From NCBI RefSeq assembly GCF_036321535.1, contig NC_087436.1:26228001-26292000 (forward strand): a DNA stretch of 64,000 nt, read 5' to 3'. Position numbers and translations under genes: made by a program. How positions within the stretch are numbered: position 1 is the first letter of the stretch; the number at the start of each line of letters is the position of its first letter. The notes beneath the pieces are model-generated. The model worked only from the letters and a program-made list of their open reading frames with translations, had not been told where the DNA came from and did not search any database. The stretch comes from Camelus dromedarius (taxonomy: Eukaryota). Shown here in pieces: positions 13,814 to 24,663 of this stretch.

Positions 13814-15789
13814 CCCCCCAACACTTCTCCACTTTAAGGTTAACCAATGTGGTATTTATGTATCTAAACATTTGCTGTAAGTTTTCAGTGATGTTTAAAT
13901 TCTGAATTATCTTTCCATAAAGATAGTGGCATATTGGTTTGTATTTTATAGAAACCATTTATCTTTAGGTCACAAATAGGAATGTATATAATTTGCCAGT
14001 GTTACAAAGTTGATTCGAACCCTCAGCTAATCTCTTTCTTGAGAAATTGCAACCACTTGTTTAATCTTTAATGAAAATAGAGACTAAAAACAATTGCTTA
14101 AACATATCACTGTGTAAGATTCCAGTGACTAAAAAATCCCTGAAAGAGCAGTAAACCGTGATTATTGAAAAGCTCAGAACACTAGCAAGGTAAAGATTTA
14201 ACAGAAGGCCACAAACTGTGTTTTCCTAAGAGGAGCTAGGAACTATATATGCCGTTTAATAATGTTTGAAATGGCCTTGTCTAGTGTTAGTGTTGCACAG
14301 AAACCCCAAGTCACTTCTTCCTGGTCTGTTATTTTGGATAAGCTTCCACTATCATAGCATGGCCCTGCACGCCAGCTGCATAGGCAGCCACTAAGCCATA
14401 CTGGCCTGCTTCCTTCCATCATCTGTTGGCAGCTATCATGACTAGCCAGCAGCCAGTGGCTCCATACAGGTGTCCCAGGGATAATGATCCACCCCAGTTG
14501 TTAAACTTACTCAAAGGATACAATCCAACCTTGTTTTTTTCTATCCATGTAGTTTTGCACAAACCAATCAGAATCCACAGCTTTACTATTAGCCAAAATC
14601 TGACCTAAGACAGCTTCATGAAATACAAGAGCTTCAATATCATTCATTGTTAATCCTTCCTTTTCTAGCACTTTTAGAGTAGCATATGTTGGTCTGAGTA
14701 GAAGTTGATCTTTTGAATCTGGAGACAGATACACAAAATCCCTCAAATATGACTTTGACTTATATAACCCATGGTCAGAGCTTTTTCCTTTGCTATAATC
14801 AGCATTGCAGATGCAACATCAGTCAGAGAAGAAGAATTTGTAGCTGTCACTGTGCTGTAGGGCTTGATGAATGCAGGTTTTAGTTTGACCGTTTGTTCTA
14901 GGAAGGACAAATGCCACTATTTGATATTTGTATCTTTTCCTGCTTTGAAGACATACAGCATAAGAAAGGAGTCCTTCATCCTATGCCTTCTTGGCCAGGT
15001 TGTGCAAGATCAGTGTACACTCATTGTGTTCCAGTCGAGAAATAGCAAGGCAGAAGCAAGTCAGTCTGCAGAGTGATGCATAGTCTCAGTGGTGGAGAAC
15101 TTGGCCACTGTAGGGTGCTCAGATGATAGGAAATTCAATCTAAATTTAGAGATTAAAGATAGTCACTGACCTAGAGTCTTAGACTTATTGAGATTAAGGT
15201 TGATATTCCTTGAATGATAAATAGGGATGTAGGATGTTTACTCTACACCACCTGCTACGACCACATCTTACTGGCCAGAGGTAATCAAGCCAACACTCGT
15301 GGTCCTGGCTTGGTTTGCAGAAATGCAAGCCATGGTGACAATGTGAGCAAGAGTCTTGTCAGAAAGGTCAGCTCATAGGGCAGCCTTTAGCCACATTGCT
15401 TGTTTTCGTTTCCTGTACAACTGTGCCCAAAATTATATAATAAGCAACTTCCCTTGGGACATTGGTCTGATGCAGCAAATCCAGAAGTGCTTCTCTAGCT
15501 GAATCATGTGGCATCTGGTCTTTATATAAAGTACCTGACAGCAAAAAGGGAATGTGAATACCACCACCACATTCCTTATACAAGGTTTAGCCAAAGTCTT
15601 CTTGATTTGGTTTGGGTGGGTAGGGCAGCTGGTAGCTGGTAGGAACAGCTCAGAAGTCTTACAGAAAACCTGAGGGCCCATTTTGACATACTGGCAAGAT
15701 TTTCAAAGTCAAGATGGAAGTCATCTTGAAATCATCCCACCTTAGCTCACATCTGTTGAGGCTTCTGCTGTGGGCAAGGCTTGGTCCCA

Positions 15790-16153
15790 AGTGAAAAGGT
15801 CAGAGGGACCAAGAGATGTGTCCAGCCTAGAAAGGATCCCTCACACTGGCCCCCTGGGCTCCAAAGGTGTGGCTGGCTTCTCAGCTATCCACCAGCCTTA
15901 TGATTAGACAACCAGTCATTTGCCCCCTCCTTGATGGGCCTCTTTCCTCCCAGCAGACAAAGAGTTATTTCTGCTCCTTTAGCTACAGGGAGGGGCAGTG
16001 TTAAGAGGCCTGCAGCAACTCAGCATGGTGGGTGGAGTGGGGTTAATCAGGAAGTATGTTGGGGGCTTGGCTGGGGCCAGGCTGCAGGAAATAAAGTCCT
16101 CTGTTCCCTCAGCCCAACTTGAAGTGGCCTGCTTTCTTCGTCTTCAGCTCAGG
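15790..16153. promoter_or_regulatory. Retrocopied, CpG-decayed copy of the HADHA/HADHB bidirectional promoter
   Basis: GC-rich segment between the HADHB 5'UTR (minus) and the HADHA ATG (plus), inside the TSDs. GC-box-like runs appear eroded by CpG>TpG (ggtgggtggagtgggg). HADHA and HADHB are known to be head-to-head. Confidence 0.8.
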
Positions 16154-16210
16154 ATGGTGGCCTCCCTGGCGACAGGCAGCTTCACTTCCTCCAGGATGCT
16201 CAGTACTCAG
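16154..16210 (+). pseudogene. HADHA: Copy of HADHA exon 1 coding part (mitochondrial presequence start) followed by its splice donor
   Basis: tcttcagctcaggATGGTGGCCTCCCTGGCGACAGGCAGC...CAGGATGCTCAGTACTCAG|gtgagc resembles recalled HADHA exon 1 (tcttcagctcaagATGGTGGCCTGCCGGGCG...CCGAG|gtgag; MVACRAIG...). About 10 nt shorter than the recalled exon. Confidence 0.85.
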
Positions 16211-16295
16211 GTGAGCCTGGCTAAGAGTGCTCTAGAGCCCTGGGAAGATCTCCCGAGGATGAGGCAGGAATGGCCTCTGAGCCTCATCTCCCCCG

Positions 16296-17255
16296 CTGAA
16301 GAACTTTTTAAAACATTTCTTGCAAAACAAGTCTCTTGGCAGCAAGTTACCTCAATTTTTATTTATCTGAGAAAGTATATTTCTCCTTTCCTTTTGAAGG
16401 AAAATTTCACAGGGTACAGACTTCTAGGTTGGTGCGGGGTTTTTCTCTCAACATTTTAATTATTTCACTCTACTTTCTTCTTGCATGGTTTCTGAGGAGA
16501 AGTGGGAGGCAATTTTTATTTTTGTTTCTCTATAAGTAAGATATTTTTTCCTCTCTGGTTTCTTTCAGGACTTTTTTTCTTTCCCTTTAATTTTCTGTAG
16601 TTTGAAAAAGACAATGCCTACGTGTAAGGGTTGTTTGTTTGTTTTCCACTTATCCTACTTACTTTCCTCTGAAATTCTTGGATCTATGGTTTGGTGTCAA
16701 TATTAATTTGGGGAAATTCTCAGTCATAATTGTTTCTTCTGTTCCTTTCTCTCTTTTTGGGCTTTAGTTAACTAATTTCTCCAGAGGGCAGGCCTTCTTA
16801 AGAACAGAGTGCTCTGGAGTATTTCAGAATGGTTCATTTTCCCCTACTCCTGCCAGAAGCCCAAGGGGATGTTTCTCTAATATTTACTCTGAGAATTTGG
16901 TCAAGTTACCTGAAGTAAACCTTATAATGTTGTGGGGACCCCATGTATGACTGTGTTCCCCTTGAGTTTTAAACTCTCAGACTTCTCCACACTGAGCCTC
17001 CAGCAATTCTTCAGGTTTCTTACCCACATCCCTTGCAGTGGTGCTTTCTGCTTGGGATCTCTGCTCGGGCCAGCCAGTACTCCCTGTATTCTCCTGTCTA
17101 TCTCCAACCTTGGGAGTGGTGGTTTGTTCTGTGTCCTTCCCTCTCTTAGGGATCCACAAAGGGTAGTTAATTTTTCAATCTGTTCAGTTTTTTACTTGTT
17201 GTTAGGACAGTGTGGTGACTTTTAAGATCCTTACATCAGACCTAGAAACTGGACC
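16296..17255 (-). mobile_element. Old LINE-1 (L1MC1-like), 5' portion: ORF1 remnant and 5'UTR, continuing the element at 9310-13813
   Basis: L1 sequence resumes colinearly across the TSD (ttccttgtctctaaagaactttt / aacatttcttgcaaaacaagtc...tctgagaaagt), then gives L1M-type 5' end text ending ...ccttacatcagacctagaaactgga. Confidence 0.8.
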
Positions 17256-17447
17256 TTAAACATGTCACTTTAATATATAATTGCTTGGCCATGATTTAAT
17301 GCCTGTCTAATAAGAACTACATTCGTTAGAGATATTGTTTGCTCTGCACCAATATTTCCAAAGCCAGGAGTCTAAAGTCATTCCAGACACTCGGTCCTCC
17401 TATTTCCTGTCTCACAAGGGATCAGAAAGCATTTGAAGATATTGGTG

Positions 17448-17759
17448 CAGGCATACCTTGGAGATACTGTGGGTTTGGTTTCAGATCACAAAAATAAAGG
17501 AAATATCTGAATAAAGTGAGTCACATGATTTTTTTTGGTTTTCCAGTGCATATAAAATTTACTTTACATTAATCTGTAGTCTATTAATTGTGCAATTGCC
17601 TTATGTCTAAAAAAGTACATATCTTAATTAAAAAATACTTATTTCTAAAAAATCCTAACCATCATCTGACAACAGAGTTGCTATAAACCTTCAATTTGTA
17701 AGAAACTTAATATTTACAAAGTACAATAAAGTGAAGGGCAATAAAATGAGGTATGACTG
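17448..17759 (-). mobile_element. Tigger1-derived non-autonomous Tc1/mariner element
   Basis: TIR-like ends caggcatacct... and ...gaggtatgactg followed by TA; internal sequence resembles Tigger1 termini. A second copy lies at 48686. Confidence 0.85.
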
Positions 17760-18056
17760 TATTTAGGGATCTTCTTTCTCTGAATCCAGCTGTGAAACAG
17801 TGACATTTTACTCTTTTCTCTGTATTATTGTCTTCTTAGAACCTGAGTGTATAGGTATCTCTTGTTTCCAGAAACTGATAAATAGCTATAAATAACTTAA
17901 CATAGTAGGGGATGTTGTGTAGAGAGTCACAGAGCAGGCAGGTTAAGTTATTCTTATATTATTATTCTTTGCAAGTGATCTCCAGCTCTCAGCTCCTAGC
18001 TACTTCTAAAATTACAGATCAAATTAATAATAATCCATTTCACCCCTTCTTTCTTT

Positions 18057-18449
18057 TTCTTTTTTTTTTTAAATTGAAGTATAGTCAGTTATAGTGTGTC
18101 AATTTCTGGTTACAGCACAATGTCCCAGTTACACATATACATACATATATTCATTTTCATATTCTTTTTCATTAAATGTTATTGCCAGGTATTGAACATA
18201 GTTCCCTGTGCTATACAGAATAAACTTTTTAAAAAACCTATTTTTATATGTAGTGGCTAACATTTATAAATCTCAGACTCCCAAATTTATCCCTTCCCAT
18301 CCCTTTCCCTGATAACCGTAAGATTGCTTACTATGTCTGTGAGTCTGTTTCTGTTTTGCAGATGAGTTCATATTGTCTGTTTTTTCTTTTCTTTTCTTTT
18401 CTTTTCTTTTCTTTTCTTTTCTTTTCTTTTCTTTTCTTTTCTTTTCTTT

Positions 18450-18525
<76 letters not shown>

Positions 18526-20283
18526 TCCTTCTTCCTTCCTTCCTTCCTTCCTTCCTTCCTTCCTTCCATCTTTCTTTCTTTCTTTTTTGAGATTCTACAT
18601 ATGAGTGATATCATGCGGTATTTTTCTTTCTCTTTCTGGCTTACTTCACTTAGAATGATGATCTCTGGGTCCATCCGTGTTGCTGCAAATGGCATTATTT
18701 TCTTCTTTTTTATGGCTGAGTAGTATTCCATTTTATAAATATCCCACAACTTCTTTATCCAGTCATCTGTCAATGGACATTTAGGTTGCTTCCGTTTTTT
18801 GGCTATTGTATATAGTGCTGCCATGAACATTGGGGTACATGTATCTTTTCAAATCAGAGTTCCCTATGGATATATACCCAGAAGAAATGGGATTGCTGTA
18901 TCATACGGTAGTTCTATTTTAAATATTTTGAGGAATTGCCATACTGTTTTCCATAATGGCTGCCCCAAACTACATTCCCACCAGCAGAATAGTAGGGTTC
19001 CCTTTTCTCCATACCCTCTCCAGCATTTATCATTCATGGACTTTTGAATGATGGCCATTCTGACTGGTGTAAAATGATACCTCATTGTAGTTTTGATTTG
19101 CATTTCTCTGACAGTTAGTGATATTGAGCATTTTTTCATGTGCCTATTGGCCATTTGAATGTCTTCACTGGAGGATTGCTTGTTTAAGTCCTCTGCCGAT
19201 TTCTGGATTGGGTTGTTTGTTTACTTTTGTTATTAAGTTGTATGAATTATTTATATATTCTGGAAATTAAGCCTTTGTCTGTCACATCATTTGCAAATAT
19301 TTTCTCCTATTCTGTAGGTTGTTGTTTTGTTTTGCTTATGGTTTCCTTTGCTGTGAAAAAGCTTATAAGTTTAATTAGATGCCATTTGTTTATTTTTGCT
19401 TTCCTTTCTATTGCCTAGGTAGACTCTCTTAGGAGAACATTGCTAAGATTATGTCAGAGAATGTTTTGCCTATATTTTCTTCTAGATTTATCATGTCCTG
19501 TCTTATATTTAAATCTTTAAGCCATTTTGAGTTTATTTTTGTGTATGGAGTGAGGGAATGTGCTATCTTCATTGATTTACATGCTGCTATCCAGTTTCCC
19601 AACACCACTTGCTGAAGAGACTGTTTTTTTTTTTTTCATTGTGTATTCTTATCTTCTTTGTCAAAGGTTAATTGACTAAGTCTGTGGGTTTATTTCTGGG
19701 CTCTCTATTCTGTTCCACTGATCTATATGTGTATTTTTATGCCAAGACCACACTCTTTTGATTACTGGAGCTCTGTAGTATTGTCTGAAGTCTGAGAGGG
19801 TTATTCCTCCAGCTTTGTTCTTTTTTTTTCAATATTGCTTTGGAAATTCTGGGTCTTTTGTGATTCCATATAAATTTTAGGATTGTTTGTTCTAGTTCTG
19901 GGTAATTTGATAGGAATCACATTTAATCTGTAGATTGCCTTGGGCAGTATGGCCATTTTAATGATATTGATTCTTCCAATCCAAGAGTGTGGGGTATCTT
20001 TCCATTTCTTTAAGTAATGCTATATATAGAAAACCCTAAAAGCTCCATGCGAAAACTATTAGAGCTGATAAAATAATTTGGCAAGGTAGCAGGATACAAG
20101 ATTAACATACAGAAATCAGTTGCATTTCTTTACACTAACAATGAATTAACAGGAAAAGAAAATAAAGAAACAATTCCTTTTAAAATTGCATCCAAAACAA
20201 TAAAATACTTAGGAATAAATCTGATCAAAGAGGTGAAAGACTTATACATGGAAAACTACAAAACGTTAATTAAGGAAATTAAA
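18057..20283 (-). mobile_element. Younger 5'-truncated LINE-1 with 5' inversion (20016-20283 on plus strand)
   Basis: Poly-T tail at ~18051-18070. ORF2 C-terminal peptides on minus ([10 protein letters not shown]...[31 protein letters not shown]). Plus-strand block encodes the immediately upstream ORF2 segment (YIENPK...YKTLIKEIK). TSD caccccttc(t/c)ttc(t/c)tt at 18041-18056 and 20284-20299. Confidence 0.93.
18380..18588. repeat. Compound pyrimidine microsatellite (TTTTC)n-(TTTC)n-(TTCC)n within the L1 3' region
   Basis: Directly visible tandem arrays. Confidence 0.98.
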
Positions 20284-21529
20284 CACCCCTTCCTTCCTTA
20301 TCTTTCCTAATAGCAGAGAAATATATTTTTTAAATCTTAAAAGGTTGAATTCCTCTCAACTGAGGGCAAGATGAAGAAGAGAAGAGAGAAATTCTGATTA
20401 TAGTCATGAAGTTAAAGCTAATGATTCTGTGATTTCACAAAGGTTAATACCTACATTGTCTATGTAACGATGCCTAAGAACACTGTCACCAGGCTGACTC
20501 TATCCTGACCCACTACCCACTTGTCCCAAAATGTACTAAAAACTGGTTAGTATTAGGTACTAATTACTGGAGAAACATTTTTGGTTAAATAATAGATAAA
20601 TGATTTAGTCTTTCTACTTATAAAAATGTCGTTAGTGGTGAGTAGATGTAATGTCACTGTATATCATGAGAAAAATCATTTAATTTATGTTATAGAATAC
20701 ATTTCTTCTTTGCTTTATGAAAGTTTAATTTTAACACAACTTTATTTGCATATTTTTATCTCTTTTTCTTCCAGATTAAACATTAGTGTTCTGCCTTATT
20801 GATTTGCAAAAAGTAGTGCTAGCCCACTGCTCTGCACAATCACCAGTGTCCTATATCCAATATTTTACTGGACTTCAGGGACCATTTCATGCATTTATCA
20901 CCCTGTGCTGCTATTCAGCAAAATGCCATGACAACATTTGTATAACATACAGAGACCTAAAGAACCCTATGAGGTGTTTTTCACTCTGATTGATTTTGGG
21001 TATATAACTGCTCTCAAATGGATAAAAAACAAGAAAGTAATTTTGCTTTACCAAACAGTGCTCAATGAAAGTGATCATTGTATTTCCTTATAGGAAAAGA
21101 AAGGAGGTCCAGGGGATTTTTCAGTGATGCCTATTCACTTAATCCCTTACCAAATAAGCTTGTAAAACTCAAAGAACTGATTCTTCCCTCTCCCAGTAGA
21201 CATATTTTATTTAAACACATCAATAAGCCACTCACCCAGAAAAAAAGTGGACTTAAATATAAAAATATATATATATAAATATGTTTGTCTATATGCATAT
21301 GATCATTATTTAAAAAAACAGAAATATATTGTATATTTAAGTTGTACATTATAATTTTTATTTAATTATTATAAACATTTTCATATTTCTCATTAAAATT
21401 TCCTGCTATAATACAGCTTTTACTATAGGGTAGTATTAAAATTTATAAAACAAGTCTATTGTTGAACATTTATGATATTTCTAAACTCTCATAATCACAG
21501 CAAAGTTTCAGTGAATATTCTTTCATATA

Positions 21530-21685
21530 GGGAGGGGCATATGGCTCAGTGGTAAAGTGTGTGCTTAGCATGCATAAGGTCTTGGGTTCAATCCATAGTA
21601 CCTCCATTAAAAAAAATACACAAGTAAATAAATAAATCTAATTACCCTTCCCCCCCCCCAAAAAAAAAGAAAAAAGAAAGGAAAA
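21530..21685 (+). mobile_element. tRNA-Ala-derived SINE (camelid Vic-1-like)
   Basis: Head with A box (tggctcagtgg), gtgcttagcatgca and B box (gggttcaatcc), then tacctccatt, an A-rich stretch, ctaattacc, a C-run and an A tail. Confidence 0.85.
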
Positions 21686-21709
21686 ATATGGTAATGAGAG
21701 TTTGAGGCT

Positions 21710-21804
21710 GGGGAGAGTAGCTCAGTGGCAGAGCACATGCTTAGCATGCATGAGGTTCTACGTTCAGTTCCCAGTACCTCCATTAACAACAACAACAACA
21801 AAAA
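21710..21804 (+). mobile_element. tRNA-Ala-derived SINE (camelid Vic-1-like), short form with (AAC)n tail
   Basis: ggggagagtagctcagtggcagagcacatgcttagcatgcatgagg...cccagtacctccatt followed by aacaacaac... Confidence 0.85.
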
Positions 21805-22569
21805 GTATTACTAATTCCTTAGGATAGTGGTAAAGAAGAGAGATTTCTATGAATGAGCCATTTTATGCTTTTTGGCACAATCACCATTCTTGGTATTAAT
21901 ATTATGTGTGACAAATAATTATCTTTTCAAAGGAGAAATGTGACATTTTTGATGTTTGAATTACTTTTATTAATTGCAAAGTAAAACAAGCTTAGCATGG
22001 TTGTCATATACTTTTATAAATTTAAATTTTGTATACTCAGTATTTTTTTCCAGTTTCAACTGGAAAACTAATTGTTTTTTTTATAACTTTAAAATTCTTC
22101 TTTTAGTCTGCCAGATATGGGGCAAATAGTTTCCCTCATATTCTTTTTGCTTTTTATGTTTATGTTACTTTTTAATTCACGTTAAAAACTTCACATATTG
22201 ATTTCTATGAACTATTTTTGATAGTATATTTTTATTTATATACAACTTTGAAAGCCCTTTTCTGTCCCAAGACCAGATGCATGCCTATATAATTTATATT
22301 TTCTGTTGTTTAATGAGCTTGGACATGAGGACTAAGACTTTCCTTTTACTAAGGGAAGGGGTAGGGATTGGGGAGAAGAGAAGAGGATACACTAGGTGCC
22401 TACGTTTGTACTCTTGAGTTGGCCCTACAAATGCAATTATTGGTGGGCTTAATCTCCCTGACTAAGTCTATGAATGTATTGAAAGACAAAAAAGAACTTA
22501 ATTATTTTTATATCCCAAAACTTAGCATGTTTTTGTTTAATTATTTAGAAAACTTTTTCCAACCTGAAC

Positions 22570-22880
22570 CAGCAAACTTCTGGTTCTCGGACAAGATCTG
22601 TTTAAACTTTTTGTGTTGGGTCTGCACTGTATTTAAATTTTATTTTGAATAAATATTTAATATTTGGGAAATAATCTGGCTTTTCAGAAAAAAAAAATCT
22701 GAAAAACACTAGTCCCAGCCATGTTCCCAAATGGTATCAGAAAAGACCAATTTCTTCTTCACCCCCAACATATCTCCTGTTGTTTGTCCAGTTTGTCATG
22801 GTCCAGAGATTCCCACGTTTTTTCTTACACCAGTTTCAGTGCTATGAGTCACTTGCCTGAATCGTTTGACATTTGGATAT
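22570..22880 (+). mobile_element. Possible hAT-Charlie fossil (MER102-like)
   Basis: atctggcttttcagaaaaa...atctgaaaaacactagtccc...ttcccaaatgg resembles the recalled MER102 core; very diverged. Confidence 0.4.
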
Positions 22881-24458
22881 ATCACATCTGTGATACACAT
22901 GTATGACATAAATGAGAAATTAAAATATAGAGGATAGTATTATAACAGTATTAAAATTCTGTATTAATTTAACTTAAATTCATAGGCCAGTATTAGAATT
23001 CTGATGATCTTGGAGTTGTTGTTAAAGCAGAACTCTCCTGTGAAAAGAAATTGATTTTTACAAATGAATTTACACTAACCCTGTATCCATGAAGTTTAAC
23101 TCTTAAATGTTGTAGCAGTTTAACCATAGTCTCATTAATCTTAACTCCTGAATGCTAAATGTCCCTATTTGAGATTCCTAATCAGATAATTTTTGAAAGA
23201 GAAACTTGAAAATATCTTCTTTGTATCTGAAATCAACTCTCTGTAATTTGAATTTCCTAGTTCTCTAAAGGGCTGTTAGAACTTTATGCCTCAAAACAGA
23301 AGGATGTCATGAATACATTTTTCATTTTGAAAATATCACTTTACCCCATTGGACTAAAAAATTTTATCGTTAATGTTTTTGTTTTCAGCACCTGATGCTA
23401 GATAATTTACAATAAAACCAAATACTAGATACTTTATAATGTATAGATTGATATTTCAGATTTCAGTTATCATGGTCACTTTATTACATATCATGGTCAC
23501 TTTATTACATATACATATCCTTTATTACAAATGAAGTAGTCTTCCTTTATCTCACATCTTTTATTTGGATAAATATTTTTCTAGTAGTGCAGTAAAATAT
23601 ATAATAGCTTATCAATGATGCTATTTGTATTATAGTTGTGACTACCAGATAAGATAGGAAGAAATGCATAGGGGATATATTTCAAAATAAATAATAAAGT
23701 CATTTTTCTGTGTGTGACAAGAAGATAAAATCAAAGAGGATGCCTAATTTTTACAGCTGGAATTATAAGCACTTGTCTGCCATGAACTTCTCCAAATTCC
23801 CTTCCCAATACCATCAAATAAATCTTTCAAATATATTACTGATTTCAGAAAGAAAACATTATATTCTAGTTGAATTGCAATCAGAATATAGGCTAAATAG
23901 AATTAAGGGTCTATATCTAAACATAAACTTTATGCAAATATTTTGTAAAACCTTAGCTATGCATTCTAAATGGTTGGATTCCAAAATATTAGATTTGAAA
24001 GCTATTCATAGGTTATATTTGGTAATATTTCATGCAACTCTCTTCTGTACTCCAGGTTGAAAATTTATTTAATATGGAGAATCCTAAAAATCTTAAGCTG
24101 CTGCCCCATTATGTATTTCCCTTGTCTGTCCAACTCTAGTATTATCCTCCTGCCTGGACAGCTATAGAATAGAGCTGTGCTCACAGCACATTTTCTTGGT
24201 TGGGAGCTTCATGCTGCATTGAAGCCACAGTCTGTCAGTGAGTCTTCCAAAAACATGGGGATGTTATTGATCTGGTTTTCCTTCATGTTATCTTTCAATG
24301 CTTGATTTGAGTTGACTTTCAGTGAATCAGTGAAAAGCTTACTGCTGAGGCATGAGAATTCAGTGACAGCTTTCAGTGCTGCACCTCTTATGAAGAGATT
24401 TGGCTGCATGTAAGATACAGTTTAGTTGTCAGTCCTTAGCACGCAACTGACACCTTAA

Positions 24459-24663
24459 AATGATCCATAATCTGTTACAGGATTATTTGTGTGAGAGCTC
24501 CTACATGGACTGTACAGCCTGCTTGGATGTCAGTGTCAATGCTGTACTCTGTACATAGGCATCTAACAGTAGTGGTCTTGCAATTTAAGGGACAAAGCCT
24601 AAAAAAGTGACATTTTCAGAGAGCAAAACTATTATTAAAAATTAGGCTAAAAGAAATGGCATA
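24459..24663 (+). repeat. Direct repeat copy 1 (~190-200 bp), possible ancient LTR remnant
   Basis: Shares aatgatccataatctgttacag, tgagagctcctaca.ggactgtaca, tcagtgtcaa and aaaactattat..aaaatt with 27243-27432. Confidence 0.85.

Larger units (their letters stand above)
13814..16295 (-). pseudogene. HADHB: Processed pseudogene of mitochondrial trifunctional protein beta subunit (3-ketoacyl-CoA thiolase), with 3'UTR and extended 5' region
   Basis: Intronless CDS remnant from ATG 15724 to TAA 14329 with [77 protein letters not shown]. Multiple frameshifts; second catalytic Cys reads Tyr (AAYAAG). 3'UTR runs to ~13814. Flanked by TSDs ctaaagaactttt (13801-13813) and ctgaagaactttt (16296-16308). 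Confidence 0.97.

Noticed and set aside
14329..15724. Functional HADHB retrogene
   Set aside because: Several frameshifts split the ORF and the second catalytic Cys codon reads Tyr.
18273..18830. 185-aa ORF and overlapping F/S/L-rich ORFs
   Set aside because: L1 ORF2 C-terminus running into a stop-free microsatellite; not a gene.
20750..20990. Strong splice acceptor (ctctttttcttccag) as a coding exon
   Set aside because: No convincing donor or recognisable coding sequence downstream.
21530..21785. Possible tRNA-Ala genes
   Set aside because: Stems are mismatched and the heads are followed by SINE-type tails; these are SINEs.
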